64,000 nucleotides of DNA, taken from NCBI GenBank assembly GCA_964371445.1, contig CAYJLK010000003.1:1108-65107 (forward strand), given 5' to 3'. Positions 18,741 through 27,482 of the stretch are shown piece after piece (position 1 is the first letter of the stretch; each line of letters opens with the position of its first letter). A program made the translations under genes and the position numbers. A model generated the notes under the pieces. The model searched no databases and was not told where the DNA came from. It saw only the letters and a list, made by a program, of their open reading frames with translations. The DNA is from an uncultured Candidatus Saccharibacteria bacterium (GTDB taxonomy: Bacteria; Patescibacteriota; Minisyncoccia; Phycocordibacterales; Phycocordibacteraceae).

Positions 18741-19289
18741 CTATGCGGGGACGCTCTCGGCTTCTTCTTTAATAACGTCAGCGGCGGCGGCTCGGAGCTC
18801 TTCGGCGCGCGGGAGCTCCTCGACACTCCTCACACCCAGATGCGCAAGCGCTTCGGTCGTCACGCTGTAACGGATACGGCGCTTGTCAGACGGGTCTTCC
18901 CTGCCCTCGATGAGTCCGCGCATAAGCAGAGTACGCAGAGAGGTGGAGGAGTTCACGCCGCGCACCCAATCAATCTCGCCGCGCGTTGCGCCAGTCTGGT
19001 AGGCGACGGCGGCAAGCGTCTCGAGACTCGCTTTCCCAAGGTCGCGCGCGAGCTCGCTCTCCCGGAGCTTTTTCACCAGAATAGCGGCTTCTGGAGCGGT
19101 GCGGAGCTCTACGTCGGTGTCAGTCTCTATGAGCGCGACGCCGCTCCCCCTCAGCAGACCGTCCAGCGCTTTGAGCACCACGACAAGCTCGGTGTCCTTC
19201 ATATCAAGAAGCTTCGCAAGCTGCTTCTTTGGGAGCGGTTCGCCGGAGGCGAAGAGGAGGGCGTGGGCGGCGGCAGGCGGCGTGAGCAT
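18741..19289 (-). CDS. scpB: SMC-Scp complex subunit ScpB
   Basis: ALLFASGEP, LETLAAVAY..., RGEIDWVRGVNS; ATG 7 nt after TACAAT. Confidence 0.92.
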   Translation of the reverse strand: MLTPPAAAHALLFASGEPLPKKQLAKLLDMKDTELVVVLKALDGLLRGSGVALIETDTDVELRTAPEAAILVKKLRESELARDLGKASLETLAAVAYQTGATRGEIDWVRGVNSSTSLRTLLMRGLIEGREDPSDKRRIRYSVTTEALAHLGVRSVEELPRAEELRAAAADVIKEEAESVPA

Positions 19290-19377
19290 TACGCCCATTG
19301 TAGCTGTGGAGACCGGTCACGGCAACGTCCGCGCTTGGGGATGATTGCTCCAAACGGGCGTATGCGGACTTTGGCCG

Positions 19378-19827
19378 TTATGGAGAGAAGAAATCGCGGT
19401 GGCGACGGCGGTACGCGAGCCAGCCAGAGATGTTCGTGAACAGATAGAGCGCGAAGATAGCTGTCGCGACGACAAGCAGATCTTCGTTTTGGAACGAGTA
19501 CGTGCGCAGCACATAGGAGGTGAGGACATAAGCACAAATCGGCAGGATAACGTCGAGCAAACTGTTCTGGACGGTTTCTTTAATGTCGACGAACTTTTCA
19601 TACATCTCCCATGCAAGAGCGAGTATGAGTGTCAGCGCGAGTGCCGCGAGAAGCGACATGCCGGTGAAGGGTGGGAGAAACGCCATAAGCACGCCGAAGA
19701 GGAAATGTGGAATCGACCAGAGGTCGAACGCCTTTCCCTTCTGCCACCAGTCGCGTTTTATTTTTTTCTCGTTCATACGGTTATTAACGAAAGAGGTCGT
19801 CGTTTTTATGTTTGGAGACTCGCGCAT
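19378..19827 (-). CDS. Membrane protein (D-x-W-S-x-x-H ... WE-x-x-E ... NS-x-x-D pattern)
   Basis: Four hydrophobic segments; start uncertain (alternative 19776). Confidence 0.65.
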   Translation of the reverse strand: MRESPNIKTTTSFVNNRMNEKKIKRDWWQKGKAFDLWSIPHFLFGVLMAFLPPFTGMSLLAALALTLILALAWEMYEKFVDIKETVQNSLLDVILPICAYVLTSYVLRTYSFQNEDLLVVATAIFALYLFTNISGWLAYRRRHRDFFSP

Positions 19828-19861
19828 ATGCCTTTCTAACTGTCAATACATTGTCACTACG

Positions 19862-20560
19862 TTAAGGCAGGACAAACGTTTCTACACGTACCCGGTCGTT
19901 ATGAGGTGCTTCAGGATTGTCTTTGAATATTGAAACGGAAACGGTTCCCTTAGAATCGTCGATTGCACCCTCAAGAAGTGGGCCATTAAAGAGGTCGGCG
20001 TCCTGTTGTGCATATGTTTCGGAACTAATCAGCTTAGATCCTTCAATGGGTTGAAAATCGTCCGCGCCTTTCTTATACACGACGAGTTGTTCCTCTCCGG
20101 TCGATTCAGCTCCCGGGTATGTCAAGACAGGTTCCATAGCCACGATATAGGTCTCGTTCTGAATATAATTACCAGCCTGCATATACATATCAGCGTATGT
20201 ATTTCTTGTAGACAAGGTATCTACATCCGCAATATCAAGATTGTAACCCTGAGTTAGTGGAAACTCATAGAGTACAACATTATCATCGTAATAACGGAGT
20301 GCCGGTACTACATTTGCATATACTCCTCCAGCGTACTGAGAGCGTAATTTTTGTTGCAATCGGTCCAGGAGGTCTTTTTCGTATGGTGTTTGCGGCTGGT
20401 ATCCATGTGGAAGGATTTCCCCGAGACCAGAAATGTCGCCCCCCGATGGGTGATTTGCTGGTTGTGGTTGAACGTACAGATACATCCCGCCGCCAATGAG
20501 GAGAACGGCAGTGAGAATGAGGAGCAGAGGTGCAATGAATCCTTTTTGTGATGTGTTCAT
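19862..20560 (-). CDS. AT-rich hypothetical protein with a pilin-like N-terminus
   Basis: MNTSQKG/FIAPLLLILTAVLLIGGG; ATG 7 nt after TGaTATACT. Confidence 0.7.
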   Translation of the reverse strand: MNTSQKGFIAPLLLILTAVLLIGGGMYLYVQPQPANHPSGGDISGLGEILPHGYQPQTPYEKDLLDRLQQKLRSQYAGGVYANVVPALRYYDDNVVLYEFPLTQGYNLDIADVDTLSTRNTYADMYMQAGNYIQNETYIVAMEPVLTYPGAESTGEEQLVVYKKGADDFQPIEGSKLISSETYAQQDADLFNGPLLEGAIDDSKGTVSVSIFKDNPEAPHNDRVRVETFVLP

Positions 20561-20573
20561 TAACAGAAGTATA

Positions 20574-21296
20574 TCACCCGTAGTGCGGGACGGCGGCAGA
20601 GGCGGTGTGGCTGATGCGGATGTCGCCGTGCCGGTCGAACTGCTCGGCCGCGACGGCGCCCTGCTTCACGAGCTCGAGGAGCGCGAGGAAGGAGACGATG
20701 ACTTCTATCTTTTCTCTCGTGCCGCCATGGAAGTCTTTAAAGGAGAGCGTCATCGCGCTTTGGACGCGCTTCGCGAGCTGGTCCATCATCTCTTCTATCG
20801 TGACCAAGGGCTTCACGCGGGCTTCAGGAAGCTCTTCTACCTCTTCGCGGGCGGCAAGCACGCGCGCCATTGCTTCAGCAAGTGCGGTAGCGGAGAGGTC
20901 GCGCGACGGAGCGAACACGACTTCGGGCGCACGCTCCCCCGCTGGCACCATGACCGTCCGCCCATAGAGGCGTGAGAGTTCGCGTGCGGCGTCGCGCACC
21001 TTTTCATATGCCGCGAGCCGCCGTTTCAGATCTTCGACATCCGCTGTTTCTTCTTCGGAGAGCGTGAGGTCGGGGATGAGCGATTTCGACTTGATGAGAA
21101 GCAGGGTCGCCGCTATCTGGATGAACTGCGCCGTCTCTTCGACCGGGAAGGCGGTCTGAGCGCGCACATGCTGGATGAAATCTTCGGTGATGTTCGCGAG
21201 CGTGAGGTCGTTGACGAGAAGCTTCCGCGCTTCGATAAGGTCGAGGAGTACTTCGAACGGCCCTTCATATGAATCTGTTTTTATAGAAAACGTCAT
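20574..21296 (-). CDS. scpA: Segregation/condensation protein ScpA
   Basis: YEGPFEVLLDLI, AATLLLIKSKSLIP, VSFLALLELVK. Confidence 0.93.
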   Translation of the reverse strand: MTFSIKTDSYEGPFEVLLDLIEARKLLVNDLTLANITEDFIQHVRAQTAFPVEETAQFIQIAATLLLIKSKSLIPDLTLSEEETADVEDLKRRLAAYEKVRDAARELSRLYGRTVMVPAGERAPEVVFAPSRDLSATALAEAMARVLAAREEVEELPEARVKPLVTIEEMMDQLAKRVQSAMTLSFKDFHGGTREKIEVIVSFLALLELVKQGAVAAEQFDRHGDIRISHTASAAVPHYG

Positions 21297-21321
21297 GGTT
21301 TTTTACCCCGTAGCCAAAACG

Positions 21322-22749
21322 TCATCGTTTTGTGGTATGGGGCCATTGTTCGATGAAGCGCAGGAGGAGCCGCACCGGCGTTCCTGCCGCACCCTTTGCG
21401 AGCTCGTCGCCAGGCGCCGAAGTCATCCGAGGAGCGATGTCGAGATGCGCCCACGGGCAGTCGAGCTCCTTGGCGAACTGCCAGAGGAACATGCCCCCGT
21501 CTATCGCACCGCCGAGACGACTCGTTGAACCGCCCGGTACGTTCTTAAGGTCGGCAAAGGTACCCTTTACCCGAGTCTCGTATTCGTCCCAGAGCGGGAG
21601 TCGCCAGGCGTAGTCGCCCGAGGCTTCCGCATCGCGAGAAATCCTCTCGGCAAGCGCGTCGTCGCGAGTGAGGACGGCGCTCGCATGCTCACCGAGCGCA
21701 ACCATCGCCGCGCCGGTCAAGGTCGCGATGTCGATGACCACTGCGGGCTTAAAGCGTTTCGCATAGGTGAGCGCGTCGGCGAGAATGAGGCGACCTTCCG
21801 CGTCGGTGTCGAGCACCTCGATGGTCTTTCCGGAAAGCGATTTCAGTATGTCGCCGGGGCGGAGCGCATTGTTGCCGGGCATATTCTCAACTGCGGGTAT
21901 GAGGCCGACAACCGGAGTCTTCAGCTTCAAGCGCGCGGCAAGCGCCACTGCGTGGATGACCGCAGAGGCGCCCGACATATCCATATGCATCTCGTAGATG
22001 CCGCTCGAGGGTTTGAGATTGAGCCCGCCGCTGTCGAAGGTGACGCCCTTCCCGGCAAGGACAATTGGCTTTCCTCCCTTCCCTTTGTACTCGAGGATAG
22101 TAAACGTCGGCGCCTCGCTCGAACCTTTCGCCACACCGAGAAGCGCGCCCATGCCAAGTTTCTTTATTTCTCTTGCACCGAGCACTGTCACCTTTACCGG
22201 CAGACCTTTCACCGCAGACTTCGCCGCGGCGGCGAGAAGTGTCGGGGTCATATCGCCTCCGGGCGTGTTCGCGAGCGTGCGGCACGCATTCACCGCCTGC
22301 CCTATCAGTTGGCCTTTCCGCACGGCTTTTTCTCGTGCAGGAGAAGATGCTCCGCAGAGCAGTATGTCTTCGACGGCATCCCATCCCTCTTTCGGTTTCG
22401 TCTTGAAATGGTTGAATTCGAAGTTCGCCATCTCGAAGTTCTCTGTAACGAGCTGTGAGAGTTCCTCTGGACTGATACCCTGCAAGTTTTTAAAAAGTCC
22501 CAATATCGAATCGAGCGGGAGCGCGATCTTCTTGCAGGTGTTCACCTTTGCTGCCGCGACGATAGCACGGCACAGCACACGGAACTTCCGCAGATTCATT
22601 TCCTCCGATGTGCCGACACCGAGCTCGAGTGTCTCGATGCCTTTTTCCTTCACGAAACGTTTTGTACCTTTCTTTTTCGATGTCAGACTGATGCGCACAT
22701 ACTCCTTTGATGCTTGGGTGACGTCTCCTTTTTTGAAAGTGATGTTCAT
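21322..22749 (-). CDS. pepA: Leucyl aminopeptidase (M17)
   Basis: GKGVTFDSGG, MHMDMSG, DTDAEGRLILAD, ATLTGA, WAHLDIA. Confidence 0.93.
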   Translation of the reverse strand: MNITFKKGDVTQASKEYVRISLTSKKKGTKRFVKEKGIETLELGVGTSEEMNLRKFRVLCRAIVAAAKVNTCKKIALPLDSILGLFKNLQGISPEELSQLVTENFEMANFEFNHFKTKPKEGWDAVEDILLCGASSPAREKAVRKGQLIGQAVNACRTLANTPGGDMTPTLLAAAAKSAVKGLPVKVTVLGAREIKKLGMGALLGVAKGSSEAPTFTILEYKGKGGKPIVLAGKGVTFDSGGLNLKPSSGIYEMHMDMSGASAVIHAVALAARLKLKTPVVGLIPAVENMPGNNALRPGDILKSLSGKTIEVLDTDAEGRLILADALTYAKRFKPAVVIDIATLTGAAMVALGEHASAVLTRDDALAERISRDAEASGDYAWRLPLWDEYETRVKGTFADLKNVPGGSTSRLGGAIDGGMFLWQFAKELDCPWAHLDIAPRMTSAPGDELAKGAAGTPVRLLLRFIEQWPHTTKR

Positions 22750-22752
22750 CGC

Positions 22753-24141
22753 TTATTTTTTGTCGATTTTGAGACCAAGTTCTTTGAGCTGTTTGTCGGT
22801 CAAAGGTTTCGGCGCATTCATCACCGCAGTCTGTCCACCGCGTGTCATGGGAAATGCCTGCACCTCCCGAAGCATCGTCTCGCCGGTGAGATTCATAATA
22901 TTGCGCTCTACGCCGAGCGCGATGCCGCCGTGCGGCGGCGTGCCGTGGCGAAATGCTTTCAGCATATGGCCGATGCGTTCCTCAAGGTCTTCCTGCGAGA
23001 ATCCCATAACGCGATACACCGCTTCAAGAATTTCTGGTTTGTGGGCGCGAATGGAACCGCCCCCTGATTCAAACCCGTTGCAGACGAGGTCGTACTGCGT
23101 GGTAAGGATTTCATCAATATGTTCGCCTTTCAGGAGCCATTCCAGGTGTTCGGGAATCGGCATCGAGAACGGATTGTGGGTAAAGGTCCAACCGCCCTCG
23201 TCTGTCTTTTCGAAGAATGGGAAATTCACCACCCACGCATAGGCGAGAACACCCTTCTCTTTATCCTCGTCGGTACGCATGTCGAATTTATCGGCCCCGT
23301 ATTTCTCCATTGCTTCTTTGTAGGAGATGCGCGGAAATGGCTTTTGCTTAATGGTGTGCCCCATCGCTTCTACGACGGTCGTCACCATGTCTTCGACAGC
23401 CGCCATCACCTCTTCCATAGTCACGAATGACATTTCAATGTCGACCTGTGTGTGCTCGAAGCCGCGGTCGGCACGAAGGTCTTCGTCGCGCACCGCGCGC
23501 GCGATCTGGAAATAGCGTTCAAAGCCGGCAGTCATGAGAAGCTGTTTGTACTGCTGAGGTGACTGCGGAAGCGCGTAAAACTTTCCCGGGTTGAGACGTG
23601 ACGGTACGACGAAATCACGCGAACCTTCGGGCGTTGATTCGGTGAGGAGTGGCGTTTCGATTTCGGTAAAATCGTGTGAAAAAAGGTATTCGCGGCATCG
23701 GCGGATGAATTCACTCCTGACCTTCATATTCTTCTGCATACGCGTGGAGCGAAGGTCGAGATAGCGGTACTCGGCGCGAACGCTCTCGTCGATGCCGCTT
23801 GTATCATTGCTAATATCGAACGGCAGTGCGTCTGACGGATTCAAAATCTCCAGAGCTTTTACTTCCAGCTCGATATCGCCATTTTGACGGTCGGCCTGGG
23901 CGTTTTTCTCTGGTCGCTTGTTCACGATACCTTCCGCACGAACGACATATTCATTCCGAATATCTTTTGCAATGTCCATTGCGAGACTCCCCGGGAGCAC
24001 AACGCCCTGCACGAGTCCGGAACGGTCGCGGAAATCAAAAAAGACCATTTTCCCTTGGTCGCGACGGACATCCACCCAGCCGGATATAGAAACTGTCTCG
24101 CCTACGTGTTTGCCTAGCTCCCCGATAAGCGTTCGCTCCAT
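22753..24141 (-). CDS. aspS: Aspartate--tRNA ligase (short, no GAD insertion)
   Basis: OB fold GWVD.RRD.G, TPEGSRDF, ALPQSPQQYKQLLM, RDEDLRADR, PPHGGIALG. Confidence 0.95.
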   Translation of the reverse strand: MERTLIGELGKHVGETVSISGWVDVRRDQGKMVFFDFRDRSGLVQGVVLPGSLAMDIAKDIRNEYVVRAEGIVNKRPEKNAQADRQNGDIELEVKALEILNPSDALPFDISNDTSGIDESVRAEYRYLDLRSTRMQKNMKVRSEFIRRCREYLFSHDFTEIETPLLTESTPEGSRDFVVPSRLNPGKFYALPQSPQQYKQLLMTAGFERYFQIARAVRDEDLRADRGFEHTQVDIEMSFVTMEEVMAAVEDMVTTVVEAMGHTIKQKPFPRISYKEAMEKYGADKFDMRTDEDKEKGVLAYAWVVNFPFFEKTDEGGWTFTHNPFSMPIPEHLEWLLKGEHIDEILTTQYDLVCNGFESGGGSIRAHKPEILEAVYRVMGFSQEDLEERIGHMLKAFRHGTPPHGGIALGVERNIMNLTGETMLREVQAFPMTRGGQTAVMNAPKPLTDKQLKELGLKIDKK

Positions 24142-24161
24142 ATACCCTATAAAATACCACA

Positions 24162-24186
24162 CCCCGCGACAAAAATCGTCGCGGGG
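24162..24186. repeat. CCCC...GGGG hairpin, short relative of the MITE family
   Basis: CCCCGCGAC-AAAAATC-GTCGCGGGG followed by CAT; near-identical loop and right flank at 51410-51440. Confidence 0.6.
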
Positions 24187-24210
24187 CATTTGTTACTGTC
24201 TGCAGGCCTT

Positions 24211-25239
24211 CTATACCTGCGGTAAAGAACGGGAAAGGAACTCTTTGAAGTTTTGACCGAGGATGTTCGGGTCGAGCACAAGCGTATTGCCCTTTTGGAG
24301 TTTCGACTTGATGACCGGGAACATCGTGCTGCCGTGCTCGATAAGGTCTTGCGGTCGGTCGGGAAAGTATTCCCCGAACGAACCATCGGTTTTGAGCATC
24401 CGGGTCATGCTGACGTAATGCTCCTTCGCTTGCTCCATCGTCATGTCGAGATGATTGCAGTCCGACCCGATGCCGACCTTCCCCTTGCCCATCACGCTAA
24501 GCGCGTGAGTGACGTGTCGGGAAAACTCGATAAAAGGGACGGAATCCTTTCGGCCAAGAAAGAACGTAATGAGCGGTATACCGCAATACCCGTCCAGCTC
24601 CGCAACGTCCTTCAAGAGGTCGTTCGGCACGTTGCGCGGATGCTCGTATATCGAGAAGCATCCCGAGTGACTCAGCATCGGCTTCATCGGCAGACGTTCC
24701 TGCGCGATAAAACGTAGCGCGCCGCGGGCAGTCGAGTGTCCGGCGTGCGAGAGGTCGAGAATAATGCCGATTTTGGCCATCCACTCGATCAGACGTTCGC
24801 CGCGACCCTTCAGCCTGCCGCCGCTCTTGAAGCCGCCCCCGTACTCGGTATCACCGTCATAGGCAATCGCCATCGTGCGAACTCCCGCCGTAAATAGCGT
24901 GTGGAGATCCGCATAGGTGATAGCTGCGGGAGTGCGTTGCAGACCGAACAGCAGACCCATGTGGACGGTGCTAATCCCGTCCAGGTCTCCTGCGTTTAGA
25001 ATTGCCTTCACGTTCGGATTCGAAAGCGCGACTCGGGTAAAGATTTCATGCGCCTGAATCGCACCTTTGAAGTCCTTGATGAATGGCGGGACGCTCGTGA
25101 GATGCGCGAGCGCGAGCCTGGGTCGCGGGAGCCAGTTTTCTTGAGACTGGCTCTGGAGCTCCCCAAACTGCGGAAGCTGACCCTGTAGGCCGACAAAGGC
25201 CATTGAGTCAGCAAAAAATCCTTCCTTTGGAATGTTCAA
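24211..25239 (-). CDS. Membrane dipeptidase (M19 amidohydrolase-fold) homologue
   Basis: LDLSHAG, LSHSG, HPRNV.ND, VGIGSD; TTG start with AGGAGG SD. Confidence 0.82.
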   Translation of the reverse strand: MNIPKEGFFADSMAFVGLQGQLPQFGELQSQSQENWLPRPRLALAHLTSVPPFIKDFKGAIQAHEIFTRVALSNPNVKAILNAGDLDGISTVHMGLLFGLQRTPAAITYADLHTLFTAGVRTMAIAYDGDTEYGGGFKSGGRLKGRGERLIEWMAKIGIILDLSHAGHSTARGALRFIAQERLPMKPMLSHSGCFSIYEHPRNVPNDLLKDVAELDGYCGIPLITFFLGRKDSVPFIEFSRHVTHALSVMGKGKVGIGSDCNHLDMTMEQAKEHYVSMTRMLKTDGSFGEYFPDRPQDLIEHGSTMFPVIKSKLQKGNTLVLDPNILGQNFKEFLSRSLPQV

Positions 25240-25289
25240 TTCAAACCTCCTTTGATGCGTTTGAGATCCCGGAAACCGGGCTAACCACT

Positions 25290-25317
25290 AGAGTAGCAGA
25301 TTATTATGAAAAGTCAA
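25290..25317 (-). promoter_or_regulatory. Sigma70-type promoter of the dipeptidase unit
   Basis: TTGACT-16-TACTCT with a TGn extension, starting 1 nt after the trpS stop. Confidence 0.65.
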
Positions 25318-25318
25318 T

Positions 25319-26278
25319 CTATGCAACGCCGATAGCGGCGCGTACCTGCTCCATCTTCGCTTCGCTTATGGCGCGAGCTTCCTGTTTCCCCCGCACGAGG
25401 ATGTCGTCCACGATACTTGAGTCGCTCTTGAGCTCTTCATATTTTGTGCGCATCGGCGCGAGGTAGCGGTCGAGGTCCTCGATGAGCGTCTCCTTGAGCG
25501 CCTTATAGTTGCCGCGGTGTTCCTCATAGAGCGCGTTCAAGGTCACTTCGCTCCGGAAGAGCCGATGGATGCGGAAGACATTCTCGGGACGATCACCTGA
25601 AGAATCAGTGACGATGCTCATCACCGCCTTCGCGAGTTCTTCGCGCGTGCCGAAGAGCGGGATGACATTGCCGTAGCTCTTGCTCATCTTCTGTCCGTCG
25701 GTGCCGGGGACCACCGCAACCTCCGGCATAATGAAGGGCTCTGGGAGGTTGAACACCGCAGTCTTGAAGACACGGTTGAACTTCTCTGCAGTATCGCGCG
25801 CTATCTCGATATGCTGTTTCTGGTCAGCGCCAACCGGCACAATGGCGGCGTCGTAGAGCAAGATGTCGGCGGACATTAGCATCGGGTAGTTGAAGGTCCC
25901 GACGTTTATCTCTTTATTCTTCGCTTCTGCGTCTTTGAAGGCGTGTGCGCGCTGGAGGTACGGCATCGTGGTGATAGTGTCGAATATCCATGCAAGCTCG
26001 GTGTGGGAGGGCACGTCTGACTGTTTGAAGAAGACGACATCGTCTGGATTGAGGCCGATGGCGAGATACGCCATGACAATCTCGCGGATGCGCCGTTTCA
26101 TCTCCTCGGCGTCCTGCATCGTATTAAGAGCGTGGTAGTCGGCGACGAAGATGAAGGGACGGTACTTCCCTTCTTTGGTGAGCTCCACAAATTGACGCAT
26201 CGCGCCGAAGTAGTTGCCGATATGCAGGTCGCCGGTCGGCTTCACGCCGGAGACAAGGACAGGTTTCAAGTCAGTCAT
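25319..26278 (-). CDS. trpS: Tryptophan--tRNA ligase
   Basis: SGVKPTGDLHIGNYFGA, YPMLMSADIL, VPVGADQKQH, KMSKSYGN. Confidence 0.97.
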   Translation of the reverse strand: MTDLKPVLVSGVKPTGDLHIGNYFGAMRQFVELTKEGKYRPFIFVADYHALNTMQDAEEMKRRIREIVMAYLAIGLNPDDVVFFKQSDVPSHTELAWIFDTITTMPYLQRAHAFKDAEAKNKEINVGTFNYPMLMSADILLYDAAIVPVGADQKQHIEIARDTAEKFNRVFKTAVFNLPEPFIMPEVAVVPGTDGQKMSKSYGNVIPLFGTREELAKAVMSIVTDSSGDRPENVFRIHRLFRSEVTLNALYEEHRGNYKALKETLIEDLDRYLAPMRTKYEELKSDSSIVDDILVRGKQEARAISEAKMEQVRAAIGVA

Positions 26279-26290
26279 AAAGCTACGATA

Positions 26291-27349
26291 TCATGCGCCG
26301 CGCTCTTTGGCATATCGCTCGCAGATTTTGCGCACCAGGCCAGGACCCTCGAAGACCATCCCCGAGACGAGCTGGACGAGGTCGGCGCCGGCGGCAAACT
26401 TCGCCATCGCCTGGTCGGGAGTGAAGATGCCTCCCGTACCGATAATCGTGAACCGCTTCCCATACTTCGCCCGGGTCTTCTTGATAAGCTCGTTCCCGAG
26501 TGCGAAGGTGGGTGCGCCCGAGAGCCCGCCGCGGAACTCTTTCGGCGCATCTTCGGGGTAGGTTAAGTCATCGTAATTCTTATTCAAATTACCGATGATG
26601 ACGCCTTGTATCTTGTTCGTATCGGCGATATCGAGCATCTTTTCAAATTGTTCCCACGGGACGTTGATGGGCATCTTGAGATAGACCGGCTTTGTACAGG
26701 GTATCTCGCGCAGGCGCGGCAGAAGCTTCGCGAGGAGCTCGGGGTTGGTAAACGTCTCGCCGGTAAATGAGTTTGGGCAGGAAATGTTGATGGTGTAGTA
26801 GTCGCCGATGCCCTTCGCATTCAGCTTCTGGAATGATTCAACATAGTCGAAGATGCCGGCTTCAGTGTCAGCCGATGCGCTCTGTATATTGGTGCGCGCT
26901 ATCGAGATGCCAAGCACGAAATTTTGGACACGGCGTGTCCTAGATAGTTTTTTGATGAGCGCATTGACGCCACGGTTGCGGAGCCCTTTGTACACGACGA
27001 GGCTTTTATTGCGGATGAGGCGCGTCATCCGCGGGAGCGGATTGCCCTCGCAGGGGTGGGCGGTGACCGAACCGATTTCCTCTCCGCCGAAGGCGAGCGC
27101 GGGCAGTATCCGCGTGAGCCGTCCGTCCGCGTCGAAGCCGGCGGAGAGCAGGACGGGCGTGCGATACGTGATGCCGTCTACGGTTTTACTGATGTCGGGA
27201 CCTCGGTAGTTATATAAAAAGCTGAAGATTTTCCGCTTCAGCGCAAATCGTCCAGCTAGCTCGCCAAGCGTTATGAAGATCTCGTGCACCGTGTCCGGAC
27301 TCATCCTGAAGAGTATCGGCTTCAGTGCGCGACGATACAAAAAGTCCAT
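26291..27349 (-). CDS. pyrD: Quinone-dependent dihydroorotate dehydrogenase (class 2)
   Basis: LSAGFD, GNPLPRM.R, INISCPN, GGLSG, GADLVQL. Confidence 0.9.
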   Translation of the reverse strand: MDFLYRRALKPILFRMSPDTVHEIFITLGELAGRFALKRKIFSFLYNYRGPDISKTVDGITYRTPVLLSAGFDADGRLTRILPALAFGGEEIGSVTAHPCEGNPLPRMTRLIRNKSLVVYKGLRNRGVNALIKKLSRTRRVQNFVLGISIARTNIQSASADTEAGIFDYVESFQKLNAKGIGDYYTINISCPNSFTGETFTNPELLAKLLPRLREIPCTKPVYLKMPINVPWEQFEKMLDIADTNKIQGVIIGNLNKNYDDLTYPEDAPKEFRGGLSGAPTFALGNELIKKTRAKYGKRFTIIGTGGIFTPDQAMAKFAAGADLVQLVSGMVFEGPGLVRKICERYAKERGA

Positions 27350-27392
27350 TGGCTGTACGATAACACGCGAAACTGATATAATCGCGCGTATT

Positions 27393-27479
27393 GCGTCGGT
27401 GGCGGAGTGGTCAATCGCAACAGGCTGTAAACCTGTCGGGCATAGCCCTACGAAGGTTCGAATCCTTCCCGGCGCACCA
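27393..27479 (+). tRNA. tRNA-Tyr (GTA)
   Basis: Acceptor GCGTCGG/CCGGCGC plus ACCA, anticodon arm ACAGG-CTGTAAA-CCTGT, long variable arm, GGTTCGAATCC; TGaTATAAT upstream. Confidence 0.95.
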
Positions 27480-27482
27480 AAC

